From a virus, in IMG/VR virus record IMGVR_UViG_3300027901_000001: 64,000 nucleotides of DNA, one strand, 5' to 3'. Of the stretch, positions 38,778 through 49,457 are shown piece by piece; position 1 is the first letter of the stretch, and each line of letters begins with the position of its first letter. The translations under genes were made by a program, and so were the position numbers. The notes under the pieces are model-generated. The model was not told the origin of the DNA, made no database searches, and was given only the letters and a program-made list of their open reading frames with translations.

Positions 38778-39000
38778 CTAACCCTCCTTTCAAAAATCCC
38801 CGCCGCTTCATAGCCTCCCGGCTCCACGGCGGGGGACACTCCTCATTCAACACTTCATCTCAAATAAACGAATCCGGCCTGTGCCGGTGTCCTTAAACCA
38901 TATTCGCCTCCATTATTTGAGGTTTGCACCGTTCTATTATCCGCATCGTGCACGTAACAAGGCTGCATCTCCGGGTCGTGATCCGGCTCCCAGCATAAAC
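38778..39000 (-). ncRNA. Candidate structured non-coding RNA or long leader
   Basis: About 220 nt without a substantial ORF behind promoter P6; several stems and a terminal CCCCGCCG/CGGCGGGG stem plus U-run. Confidence 0.3.
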
Positions 39001-39029
39001 CATCCTATACCTTGAAAAAAGATTGTCAA
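39001..39029 (-). promoter_or_regulatory. Sigma70-like promoter P6
   Basis: TTGACA-16-TAGGAT; -35 overlaps the stop of 39026..39328. Confidence 0.6.
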
Positions 39030-42000
39030 GAAGACCACCACCAGGCGATGCACGCCGCGCTAATGATTACCGCGACCCACTTGGCCACTATCGCCCGCTT
39101 CACTATCCGGTCAACCTTGAGCATCGCCTCGGTGAAGCCAATCTCATGGCCCGCCTCGAATGCCACGTCCGCTATCGGCTTGAGCGCGTAATCGACAATA
39201 GCATCATCATCGAGGTTAGTATTGCGCCGCAGCCAGCACATAACCCGGCGTTTTTCGAGCATCAATAGCCCAGCCTGGCGCTCATTCACTTCCTTCAGAT
39301 TCCACACCTCTGCCACTACTGATTTCACCGGTCTTTCCTTTCGCGCAAGCCCTCTCTACCTCTTCCTTCACCTTCTTCTCGATCACGGCAAGGACCGCTT
39401 CCTTATGCTTCTCACAAATGAAAACCGACGGCTCCCACATACTGTGCTCCATTAGCGCCCAGCCCGCATCGTTCACCCATTGGCACTGTTTCAAATCGAT
39501 CCTGGGAGTCGGACTGGTACCGGGAAAGGGCTCAACAGCGCCGCCCATCTCCACCTGAAATACCGCCGTGATCTGGATGGTCTCGGAGCACTCCTCCTCC
39601 AGCTCCAGGAACCGCTTGGCCTCGCAGTGCACCGTGATCTCAGACGAGTATCTCATCAGCTTTTCCCGTCTATCTTGGCGAGCCCGGCCTCCTTGTGCTT
39701 CGGACAAAAGAAGCAGGGCGCACCCCCCGGCCTCCTTTTGGTCATGGCCCAGTCGACACCAGCGGCGGTGGTGAGCACCAGGTTGGCGACCTTCGGCGGC
39801 GCGAAACCACCGACCAGGGCCGTGCTCCCACCGGTGCCCACCATCCCCACGTGGTGGAGCACGTCGGCCTTAGTGATCTCATCACACTTGACACCCAGGA
39901 CCTCCTGGGCTTCGCACTGCACCCTCACCTGCATCCAGTACTTCATCGGCGTTTCCCTGGTTTTTTCTTCTTGGAAGTCTTTTTGGACGCGGTACCGGGC
40001 TTCTCCGGCTTACCGTTCGTCGGTGACGGTTTTCGATCCGGGCGCTCCCGGTCCTTGCGTTTACCGCACTGCTTTTCCAACCGCTCCAGGATATCCACAC
40101 GGTTGCGCCGCCAGAACGCCGTGTTGTTCACCCAGAAGTAAATCTCCGGGTACCGATACCGGATGGCTTCACAGTTCTGGCACAGCGGCGGCTCACGCTC
40201 GATCCCCTCCCTTTCGAGCACCACCTTGCTGAACTTCTCGCTGGGCGGTAGAGGGTCGGTCCCGCGCCATATCGGTGCGCCACAGGCTGTACAAACCACT
40301 ATGCGGACCGCACACGCCCCCTTGACGCCCTGGGGCCGGGGAGCTTCCTTCAGCGCCCGCTGCTGAAGAGACATGATGAACCGCTGCTCCCGGTCCATCT
40401 CCACCACGTCGGCCCCACACTGCTCGCACATCGACCCTTCGGCATTCTCCTGATCCCTGACAATGTGCATCAGGTTTTTGGAACACACGAATCTCATAAC
40501 AAAGCCTCCCATATCTGGCTGAGTATGTAGCCCAGCGTCGCTGCCGTTAGTACCACGATGAGGTTCACCATCATCATCAGCCGGTTGAGTTTTTTCGCCA
40601 CGACACCGTGGACCGGACAATGTGGATCCTCCGTGTATACCTCCACCATGCCGTCAATCCCTACCACACGGCCGTCTACATCCGGATAGCGAACAGTGTG
40701 CCCGGACCGGACCAGCTTCAGGCAGGTACACCCCTGCTCCCTGGTCTTCTCCGGCATCAATGCAGCCCTCCATCTTCTTTCTGTCCCTCTGCTTCTTCGG
40801 TTGCGCCATCCAGGTCCAGGCCACTGTCGGCCAGCCGATTGGCCAGGGCGTGCGCTCGACCTGACAGGTCGTAGTAGATAAAGGGCGCGGCTTTCGCCAA
40901 CACGAAAGTCCCCTGAGCCACGTTGGGCTTCGTTGTTTTGCTGTCACGAGAGATGCAAATAATCATGCCGCCAAGGGCCTGGTCGGCCGTGATCTTGGCG
41001 AGCACATTCAGCATGTCAGCGATGATGGAAGCCGACCCTTCCGGGATACCTTTCTTGTCCACGGCCTCCGACATTTTTCTCAGCAAGTCGACTATGCGAA
41101 CGCTCTGATCATCCTTGACATATTTGGTTGGCATCTACCCTCCTCTTTGCCCTACAGCTTCACACCCGCATCGTCGAGAACGGTTTGAATCTCACGTTCG
41201 AGGTCGCCCCGAATCTCCGCCTTGATGTCGTGGTCGATCTCGTCCCACGTCTGCCGGAACCCTCTCCGGTCGAGCAGGTCTTTCAGGACCGCATCCCTTA
41301 TTCTCTGTGCCAATGTGCTCACGATTACCCCTTCCTAGCGCCGAAGATTCGGGCGCGAACATGAAGTTCTGATCGTCAAGTTCACCTGTTTTTTTCCTAC
41401 ATCTCCCTACTGGATAGGGGGCTTCGACCTCAACCCCAACGCCGCATCGGTCAACCGCGTCAGCTCCTCGAAATACTCTGTGATGTCGAACCACACCTCG
41501 GTTCCGTCATCGCACTGGAAAACATCGTACCTTTTGCCGTCCTTGAGCTGCATGGCGCGTGTTATGTGCCGCTTGCCCATCTGCTCCAGCTTCTCGTACA
41601 TCTGGCTGATATTTTCCTTTGTAAACGCCAGCGGATCCTGCTCGCCATAGATGACCTCGAACTGCACGACTACCTTTTCAGCCACGTTACCCTCCCAGAA
41701 TATGGTGGAGCGCCACCATGCCCCAGTAGCACACCGCGATCACCAGGACAGGGATGACCAGGACCAGGACTATCCGAGCCAGCTCTCCGGCCGTCAGCGG
41801 CGCGTCGGTTTTTGGGCTCTCGCTCATGGGTTTCCTTCTGCCTTCCTCATCTCCTCGATGTCGAGGTACTCCACGGCCTGCCCGCAGCAGATACAGGTAT
41901 CGGCCGCCATGAGCCTGAACCCGGCCTTTTCGTCGCGGCCCACCAGCAGCACGCCGTGGAAACAGAACGGGCACTCGGACCGGTAAGGGCTCTCCCCGGT

Positions 42001-42723
42001 CCGCTTTAGGTGCGCGTGGACCACCTGGATCGGCGGATTGTGGAGGTTGATGCCGGTCTCTTTTTCGAGGTCTCTCATGTGATCGTCCCGTCCCACTTCA
42101 GATATTTCAGTCCGCGCAAATCGACGCGCTTCGGCTTCCCTTTGAGAGACATCCCCCACGCCTCCAGATCACGGCCTTGTCCCAGGATCTCCCTTGCGCT
42201 GCCCTCCAAGCACCTCTTCAGGACGCTCATTTTGGTGGTCAAATCTCCGAAATCGACGGTGTAGCGCCTGATTACAACAATGGCCTGGTTGTCGCCCCGG
42301 ACTATACCCTTGGCCTTCGAGACCGCCTGATCGAAGCGGTAGAAGTACCACTTCGCGTCCTCATCACCGACGTACCGCTTGTCAATGAGACCGTACAGAG
42401 CACTCGGCATCGCCGCCTTCCTCCTCCGTCAGCTCCAGGTGGATGTCGATGGAGCCCCCCTTCTTCAGCAGCTCCCTGGGAACGGGGATGCTGACGGCCT
42501 CCTTCCCCTCGCGCCTCCTGTCCCGCTTCTCCAGCTCCCTCTCGGCACGACTGGCAACGAGATAGATGAGAAGCCACAACGATATCACCTCGACCGACGG
42601 CTGTTCGCCAAGCAACAGCCAGCCGATTCCGAGCATTAAAGCCGCCAAAACTGCCGTGAATATGGTCGCGCTTATCCAGCGCACAAAATCCTCCCCCATC
42701 TTCTCCTTCTTCGCCTTCTCCAT
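39026..42723 (-). CDS. Run of about 12 small hypothetical genes (e.g. 39026..39328, 39656..39946, 40494..40760, 40757..41134, 41407..41685, 42075..42410, 42382..42723); several TM or Zn-ribbon
   Basis: Tiled minus-strand ORFs with GC3 bias. Confidence 0.55.
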
Positions 42724-42751
42724 CTCCTTCTCCTTCAGAAACTAAAGCTGA

Positions 42752-43387
42752 TTACGCTTTTCTCTCACTCGCCTCTTTTCCAATGAATTCCCGCATCCTT
42801 TCTTCTCCGTCTAAAGCTCCGATCAACGCCCATCTCACGGCAACCGCCATAGGCAAAAGGTCTCCCATCACCCCAATTGCTTCTGCTATCCTCTGTGCCA
42901 CTCGCTGCGACCTTTCAAAATAGAAGTGGTTGTCCACCTGCCAAGCGCGCCCGATGATTTTCTGCACCTGCCTCGATTCACAAACAGAAGGACCCTCCAG
43001 CATAAAATACGTCCTACACATAACGGGCCTGCTCTGATAGGCCAAACACGACTTGTCTCTTTTTAAGAAAACACAAGGAATTCCGCACAACTCTTTCCAC
43101 GCATCTTCCCTAGCAGAAGCCCGGTTGCAGACCGCCATCTCACGAAAAGCGCGCCTTTCCACAACGCGACACCATCGCTCGAATTTCTCCGGATCTGTCT
43201 TCTGGTCTATCAAATCCAAGACAAGCAGTATGGCCTCCGGAATCGTTATCTCCAGAAACTGATGGCAGCACCACGCACACCCTTTTTTGCAAGGGATTTT
43301 ACTCAATTGATCCGATGGAAAAGAAGCCACCCACCCATCAGCTTCACGGCACACATCTTTCAGCGGTTGCAGCACTTCCTTCTCCAT
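42752..43387 (-). CDS. YkgJ family (CxxxCxxCC) cysteine-cluster protein
   Basis: CKKGCAWCC, PCVFL..CLAYQSRPVMCRTY. Confidence 0.85.
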   Translation of the reverse strand: MEKEVLQPLKDVCREADGWVASFPSDQLSKIPCKKGCAWCCHQFLEITIPEAILLVLDLIDQKTDPEKFERWCRVVERRAFREMAVCNRASAREDAWKELCGIPCVFLKRDKSCLAYQSRPVMCRTYFMLEGPSVCESRQVQKIIGRAWQVDNHFYFERSQRVAQRIAEAIGVMGDLLPMAVAVRWALIGALDGEERMREFIGKEASERKA

Positions 43388-43433
43388 CTCCTTCTCCTTG
43401 GTGAAAATTTGGTCCGCACCGCTAGCTTGCTAG

Positions 43434-43802
43434 CTACACCTCCTGGTTTTTCATTTTCGCCATCGACAGCTCATCTTCAGCCGCCTTGATGATCTGGAAC
43501 ACATGGCCCGGCAGCGGCTTCTCCACCAGGCTGACCTCGATAACCCGAAAATCCATCTCCATCTTCCACAGGCCCCTGCTCTTGGGTTCCGACACCACCA
43601 CCGCCGTAACATCTGGCCCCGTCGCCCAGTCCATGCCAAGGCAGTCGACTGCCTTTTGGCGCGCCGCGCCCATGTCCCAGTACCGCTTCGGCCCAAACAG
43701 CCGCCGGGCTATCGCCTCCACGAACCACGGGGTTACGAGCCCGGCCGCCAGCAGCGGGGCCGACCTCCCTAAAAATTCACGCCTGGTCATCGGAGTAGGC
43801 AT
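43434..43802 (-). CDS. Small protein with twin-arginine signal-like N-terminus (copy 1)
   Basis: MTRREFLGRSAPLLAAGLV. Confidence 0.7.
   Translation of the reverse strand: MPTPMTRREFLGRSAPLLAAGLVTPWFVEAIARRLFGPKRYWDMGAARQKAVDCLGMDWATGPDVTAVVVSEPKSRGLWKMEMDFRVIEVSLVEKPLPGHVFQIIKAAEDELSMAKMKNQEV
43638..43655. repeat. Dispersed palindrome copy 6 (extends to 18 bp)
   Basis: AAGGCAGTCGACTGCCTT. Confidence 0.95.
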
Positions 43803-44079
43803 CGGAACCCTTCCCTCCTATCGTAATCGTCCCGAAAAAATCGGGATTGATCCGCTTCTCCGCATAGCGATTTCTCACCCCCTCGATGTACTCCACGGCG
43901 TGGGGCGGACATACGTGAATGTCGACGTACCGGACGCCTCCGGCCCCCATGTCCCAGTACTTCTTGGGCGGAAACAGCCGCCTCATCACGGCTTCGACGA
44001 ACCAGGGCGTCACCAATCCGGCCGCCACCATCGGTGCGCTGCGCCTCAGAAACTCACGTCGGGTCATCCCTTGGGTCAT
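43777..44079 (-). CDS. Small protein with twin-arginine signal-like N-terminus (copy 2)
   Basis: MTRREFLRRSAPMVAAGLV. Confidence 0.7.
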   Translation of the reverse strand: MTQGMTRREFLRRSAPMVAAGLVTPWFVEAVMRRLFPPKKYWDMGAGGVRYVDIHVCPPHAVEYIEGVRNRYAEKRINPDFFGTITIGGKGSDAYSDDQA

Positions 44080-44303
44080 AGGTCAGCGAACTCCCCTCTC
44101 CGAATCCGGTCTATCGTCTCCCGGCTCTCCAGCAGCTCATCGACATTGACGGTCATCGCCCCCGCCATCGCCGCGATCCCGTCGGACAGAACATCGTCCA
44201 CCTCATAGCCGTCCGTGATGAGCTTGATCATCCCAGTCACAAAGGGATCGTGGGTATTGGCCTCTATTTTCCGAAGCCGCTTCAGCGCCTCATCCTTGGT
44301 CAC
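44076..44303 (-). CDS. Hypothetical protein
   Basis: 75 aa, tiled. Confidence 0.6.
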   Translation of the reverse strand: MTKDEALKRLRKIEANTHDPFVTGMIKLITDGYEVDDVLSDGIAAMAGAMTVNVDELLESRETIDRIRRGEFADL

Positions 44304-44724
44304 GGTACCTCCCCTGCCACCCTGGAAAGCAAGCCGATCCTTTTTTTTCTCCTTCAGTCGCTACCTTCAGCAATTCCTCAACCCACACCCGGTCAATTTC
44401 CTTGGCGATTTCCTCCGTCATCGCTTCCAGCAGCTCGCGCTCGAAATCGTCGCCGCCGAAGTCACCGAACAGCCGCTTACATTCCTCGTAGGACTTCACC
44501 TGGACCACCTGGTCCGTAGGCCCAGCCTCACCGACAAGGGGCCGTAAATCAGGCTTCTCGGGCTCCCCAGGGGGTAATTTCTCCCAGGCCGCCCGGACAG
44601 CCGAAACCGGCAGAATGCCGCCCGCGACCAGCGCCACCACTCCCCGCAAAAAACTACGTCTTGTCACAGTTCCTGGCATGTTCCGTAACCACATCCTCTC
44701 AGTCCAAATCTCCGAACGGATCAA
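44290..44724 (-). CDS. Small protein with twin-arginine signal (copy 3; likely start MPGTV)
   Basis: VTRRSFLRGVVALVAGGILPVSAVRA. Confidence 0.7.
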   Translation of the reverse strand: MIRSEIWTERMWLRNMPGTVTRRSFLRGVVALVAGGILPVSAVRAAWEKLPPGEPEKPDLRPLVGEAGPTDQVVQVKSYEECKRLFGDFGGDDFERELLEAMTEEIAKEIDRVWVEELLKVATEGEKKGSACFPGWQGRYRDQG

Positions 44725-47127
44725 GGCCCAGATCGCGCATCACCTCTTGCGCCGCCAGCTCCTCATCCAACTCCCCCATCGCCATTTCTTCGTCGAGGCA
44801 GAGCTGCGCCGCGTCGCCCTTCGGAGAGGCTGTTTCCCTCCTCTCGAAGTCCTCCAGGGTGAGCACCTTTCGAGGCCGCCCTCTCCTACCTTTCTTCCTT
44901 ACCGCCACCTTCTGCTTCCTCCGTAGGGGGTATCGTACCATCCAGGGGAAGGGTTATCACCTTGGGATAGAAATACTTGAGATGCTCGGGGGCCACCTGG
45001 AAGGTACAATTCACGAGCCCCTGCTTCCTGGTGGGTTTGACCACCACATCCTTGAGCGTGACCTTTATACCGTCCGGCATCTCACACTCGATGTCCGGCA
45101 CCCGGATTCCCTTTGGCTGCCCAAGCAACCGCTCCAGGTACGTGTTGGGCACTCCAAATTCCTGCTCCCGTGGAAAAAGACGCTCAGATATGGCGTCTTT
45201 CATGCCGAGATTCCGTCCCATATCGAAAATCTTGCGAGGCATAAGACCCTCACTTCCGCAAAAACTTCCCGATCTCTCCGCTCATCTCCCGCGCCCGCGC
45301 CACATCACGATCATGGTACTCCTTCTGGATTGGCGTGCGCGTGTCAAGGCCCTCTGGCGTCGGGCAGGAACCCTCCCAGTCCGCTAATGCCGCCTTGAGA
45401 ATCTTCAAGTCATCCTTCGAGACGGCCAGCAGGTACTGTCCGGGCGCAACGATCATCGGTCGCACTCCTTTGGTACAAAACTGCCGGGCTGAAGCCGGAA
45501 CACAATGTACTCCAGCGGCTTCGGAAATCTGGTCTTGAGATTTAATTCCTTAATATCCGGCCCTGCCTTTCTGAGCATCTCCAGGATGAACCATTCGGTG
45601 GCCAGGGCGACACATCCTGGATCGTTATGCACGAACACCGCCTCGGTCTTGTGCTTGCCGTCCAGAGTTTCGGCTTGTATTTCGGCCCACCGTTTTTTTT
45701 CCAAATCAAAAGGACACAGCCTTCCAAGATCGGTGGCCTGGAACGGTTCGACCTGCCGACAGCCATGACAGCAACCCAACGTCACCCTCATCGACCACCT
45801 CCAGATGTTTCACGTGAAACATGGCCCAGCGCCACACTTGGCGGCTCAGTCCAATGCCACTCGTTCTCCCCGACCAGAACGCCTTCCGCCCAGGCCCCGC
45901 TCGCTGTAACAAACCGGCCGGTGATCGTTTCGTGCCCTGCCAGACGTATCTCACCGCCGGTCCTATTCCACTCTTTGCACCTTTCCTCGTACTTCTTCAG
46001 CGCCGCTTCGTATTCCTCATCGGTCATCTCCCGGACGTAGGTAGGGGTCTCGGCATCATCATCCCATTCCCAAATCTCCCGCGTGGGTCTTTCCGGCGGC
46101 GGACAACGATAATCGAGTGTTTCCCGATCCATCTCCACGCTCTCACACCTCACAAATGGTTCCCCGGTGACAGGATGAACGTCAGTTGGCCACTTATCCC
46201 CAAGCATCTCCCGCTGAGACATACGAGGAGGAGGTGGCGGCTTCGACGGCTCCGGCACCTTGACCACCGTTCCGTCCGGCCACCGGACCTTGTAGGCCCC
46301 GTCGTGGTCCTTGAACAGCTCGGGCTCGGCTGATTCTCTACTCTTTTTCGGCATTGACCCGCTCCGACTCCTCGCGCATCCGAACCAGAACGCGCCTCAT
46401 GGAAAAATAAAGGCTCTTCTCGGGCGCAAGGTGGCGCATGTACTGTTCGCCTTCCAACATCTTGCACAGCGTGTCCACCGTATCCCAGTTGGCCTGGACT
46501 TCTAAGGTTTTGATACCCGGCTCGTCCAGCTCAAACATATTCCGCCAGCCGTAGAGAAAACCGCCCTGCTGCGACGCCGCCTTGCACTTCCAGTCGTAGT
46601 GTGCCTGGGAGCACTCGATCATGTGGTCCAGTTCCGACCTCGTAATCTGAAGCCGGACCTCCACTTTGAACCTGAATCCCTTGATCTCAGGCATCCTTGA
46701 TCGCCTCCAGGAGGTCCTCCACAGGAAGGTCCGATGTAGGGATGTTCTCGGCCCGGCATTTACGCAGCACCCCGGCGACCGCCCAGCCCTTATCGGTGAG
46801 CTTGAGGATGGGGTACATCCCGGTCCCTTCCCAGAGAATGAGTCCCGCCTGCACCATATCCTCCACACAGTCCCAGTCATCGTGCTCGGTCAGCTCATCC
46901 CCACCGCGCAACCGAGTCGGATATCCCTTGTCATTACCAACAGTCGGCAGACGGTCCCTATCGATGTCGCCACGGAGCACACGCCCCGGCCAATGCCGCA
47001 TTCGGGCAGCAGAGGGAATGCCCTTGTGATCGGTACACACTGTCTCGATGTAGCTCAGCGTGGTCAGATGATCCTTGCCCCACAGCTCCGGGGGCACCGG
47101 CTTTCCGTTGTGTTTCCTGGTCGTCAT
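44699..47127 (-). CDS. Run of hypothetical genes (44886..45242, 45250..45465, 45453..45791, 45788..46354, 46338..46694, 46687..47127)
   Basis: Tiled ORFs. Confidence 0.6.
45805..45822. promoter_or_regulatory. parS site, perfect consensus
   Basis: A-TGTTTCACGTGAAACA-T, 16/16 to the widespread chromosomal parS consensus; encodes HVSRET in 45788..46354. Confidence 0.88.
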
Positions 47128-47747
47128 CGGTTCCTCTCCGCCTCCGCCCGGCACCAGGAGCCCTGCCAGTCGCAGCGCCGCCCGAACCGCCGGTGGAGCT
47201 TGTGCATATCCGGCAGGTTGTCCGCGCAGATGTCGTCCCAGATATCGTGCCACACGGCGTCCCACCGCTTGTTTTTGGGCGGCTGCCACTCCAGGGCGTT
47301 GGCGTGGATGATGGTGAGCCGGGTGTTGGCCTTCCGGGCGATCTCGGCCAGCCAAGGCTCGACCAACATGATCACCTCCCTGGCCAGTTCCACTACGGTC
47401 ACGTGCTCGACCTCCGGCTTCATCAGGCAGGCCCGCGCCATCACCCCGAGCCCCAGGCCGTTAAGGAGCACGTCGCCCCTGGCCACACGAATGGCTAGCC
47501 GATGATCCCTAATCTCAGACGGTGTGTCGGACATCACCACCGTGCGCCTGTAGATGCCACCCTTGCGTACCAGCCGCGTATAGGTGCCCGCCGGAACAGC
47601 ACGCCCGCGCTCGCTAAAGCTGATTACCGCCCGAACCTCGCTGAACTTCGCATCTTCCTCGAATACCTCGTATCGCTCGATGGCATAATTCCCGGCGGTG
47701 CCCTCCGGCACGTCCACCTTGTACCTGTCGAACCAGCTCTCACTCAC
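47124..47747 (-). CDS. Class I SAM-dependent methyltransferase (spermidine-synthase-like fold)
   Basis: GDVLLNGLGLG, VTVVE, IIHANA, WDAVWHDIW. Confidence 0.82.
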   Translation of the reverse strand: MSESWFDRYKVDVPEGTAGNYAIERYEVFEEDAKFSEVRAVISFSERGRAVPAGTYTRLVRKGGIYRRTVVMSDTPSEIRDHRLAIRVARGDVLLNGLGLGVMARACLMKPEVEHVTVVELAREVIMLVEPWLAEIARKANTRLTIIHANALEWQPPKNKRWDAVWHDIWDDICADNLPDMHKLHRRFGRRCDWQGSWCRAEAERNR

Positions 47748-48123
47748 GACTCCCCCCTTCCGGCAGCACCAGCCGCTTGTACGCCTCGCCGAAGTCGACC
47801 CGGCCCGCGACCATCCGGTTGAAAGCCAGCTCGATGTAGAGCTTCGGGTTGGCGTACTTGTTACCGCTGCGCTTGCCGATGAAATGCAGGCTCCGATTAC
47901 CGTGCTTGACCAGCGCGTCCTTCCAGTTCCCGATCGTCTCGTGGTAGCCGTCGATGACTACTGGCGGCACGTCCATGAACCGGAAGTGCAGCTCCTTCGA
48001 TTCGGCCCGACGGATGATGAGCCCGCAGTTGCGGGGCTCACCACGCATCAAATCCGGGACAGCCTTAGCGAGGTAAAACCTCACCTCCCGGATGCCCTGG
48101 CCCTTCTCTCCGATGAGCACCAT
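47740..48123 (-). CDS. DUF3037-like protein
   Basis: FYLAKAVPDLMRGEPRNCGLII resembles the DUF3037 N-terminal YxxxRxxPDxxRxExxNxG motif. Confidence 0.6.
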   Translation of the reverse strand: MVLIGEKGQGIREVRFYLAKAVPDLMRGEPRNCGLIIRRAESKELHFRFMDVPPVVIDGYHETIGNWKDALVKHGNRSLHFIGKRSGNKYANPKLYIELAFNRMVAGRVDFGEAYKRLVLPEGGSRE

Positions 48124-48158
48124 ATAACCTAAGTTATAGGTTGACGAGCGTTTGTCAA
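48124..48158 (-). promoter_or_regulatory. Sigma70-like promoter P7 (leaderless candidate)
   Basis: TTGACA-16-TAACTT-7 nt-ATG; contains the TTGAC-N8-GTCAA inverted repeat. Confidence 0.65.
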
Positions 48159-48161
48159 GCC

Positions 48162-48650
48162 TTATCGGATACCGAGTGACGGATCGCCGATCACTATCTT
48201 CGCGCCGGGCACTTTCGTACCCGCTTTCAACGCGGCCAGGATAGCCTTGCGGTCTGGCGGCGGCGGACTGGGCTCGGCCCGATACTCGCTGGAGATCAGT
48301 GTCTCATCGTCGATCTGCACCTTCTCCTTGCCCTTGATGATGTAGATGGTGAACAGCGCCGTTTTGATCTTCTGCTTGTCCGCCGCCGTCATGTTCTCGC
48401 GCATGTAGGTCTTCAGCCGGGTAATGTTGTTCTCCACCGACTGACGCCGCCCGGCCAGCCGCGCCTCCTCCTCCTTCAGCACGGCGATATCGCCCTGGAG
48501 GTTCCTGACCACTTTAGCGCAGCCCTCCAGCTTGGTGTCGATCGCGTCGCTGAGGGTGTCCAGTACCGCCTGGAATCCTTCGCCGGTCTCGCTGTCGGAC
48601 ACCTCCAGCAGGTTCCGGTAGCTGCCCACCATTTCGTACAATTTCGCCAT
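48162..48650 (-). CDS. Siphovirus Gp157 family protein
   Basis: KLYEM..Y..L, DTL..IDTKLE, EEARLAGRRQSVEN..RLKTYM, KIKTALFTI, PDRKAILAALKAG..VPGA. Confidence 0.92.
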   Translation of the reverse strand: MAKLYEMVGSYRNLLEVSDSETGEGFQAVLDTLSDAIDTKLEGCAKVVRNLQGDIAVLKEEEARLAGRRQSVENNITRLKTYMRENMTAADKQKIKTALFTIYIIKGKEKVQIDDETLISSEYRAEPSPPPPDRKAILAALKAGTKVPGAKIVIGDPSLGIR

Positions 48651-48666
48651 CTCCTTCTCCTCGGAG

Positions 48667-48978
48667 CTATTTCAGCCCCAGTTCGTTCTTTACCTTCACC
48701 CTGAGCACGGCGGCCCAGTCTCCTTCGGCCTTCTTCAGAAAGGCCAGAACCTCTGTCAGGAGCCGCTGCTGGCTCTTGATCGTCTCCGACTCAGTAACCC
48801 CCAGGTAGGTGAGCAGCTCCACGTCCAACGTCCGGCGCGCATCCTCGCGCCAGACATCGAACTCGGGACCCCTCTTCCGAGCCACCTGCCGATAGGTATC
48901 GACGGCCGTGATGACCCTTTCAAGAGCCGTCTTCCGTTCCGCCATCGGCACCCCCGGCACACAGCTTGCTACCGGCAT
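48667..48978 (-). CDS. Hypothetical protein
   Basis: 103-aa ORF. Confidence 0.55.
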   Translation of the reverse strand: MPVASCVPGVPMAERKTALERVITAVDTYRQVARKRGPEFDVWREDARRTLDVELLTYLGVTESETIKSQQRLLTEVLAFLKKAEGDWAAVLRVKVKNELGLK

Positions 48979-49457
48979 AGTGCCCTCCGGCGCATCTCGG
49001 GGTCAACTGGTCGGGTCAGGGCTTCCAGAGGCGTCAGACCCAGTTTCAGGCGCTTGTAGACGGTGCTACGACCGAGCCCGCGCCGCGCCGCGTGCTCCAA
49101 AAATGTGGCCACCATTCCATTCAGTTTCACCTGACCTCGCTCGCCCGCCCGCGCCCGCGTACGACATCGATCGCTGCAATACTGCCGTCCCGGAACCGCA
49201 GGTCGCCCGCACAAGCCGCACGGATGGGTACCTTGCCGTTCCAGTCGCCGGGTCACCGGACCGCCTTCCAAAACCTCCTGGAAAATCAAAATCTCGACAT
49301 CCAGCTCCGAGTCAGCCTCCAGACGCTCAATCGCCCGTCCACGGCATTCCGCACAGTAAATAGCCCCCGGCTCGGCCGTCTCGCCGCATCCCAAGATGGC
49401 ACATCGCACCGGCTGGAAATATCGGGCAGTCGACTGCCTCCGGCGCGCCCCTAGCAT
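48969..49457 (-). CDS. Zn-finger protein with C-terminal homing-endonuclease-type HTH
   Basis: CAILGC..YCAEC, CGLC..YCSDRC, LGRSTVYKRLKLGLTPLEALTRPV. Confidence 0.65.
   Translation of the reverse strand: MLGARRRQSTARYFQPVRCAILGCGETAEPGAIYCAECRGRAIERLEADSELDVEILIFQEVLEGGPVTRRLERQGTHPCGLCGRPAVPGRQYCSDRCRTRARAGERGQVKLNGMVATFLEHAARRGLGRSTVYKRLKLGLTPLEALTRPVDPEMRRRALCR
49425..49438. repeat. Dispersed palindrome copy 7
   Basis: Exact; about 20 bp downstream of the P8-driven ATG. Confidence 0.95.

Noticed and set aside
38880-38935. GCAAACC resembling a c-di-GMP-I riboswitch
   Set aside because: Lacks the GAAA tetraloop stem and the GACGCAAAGC element.
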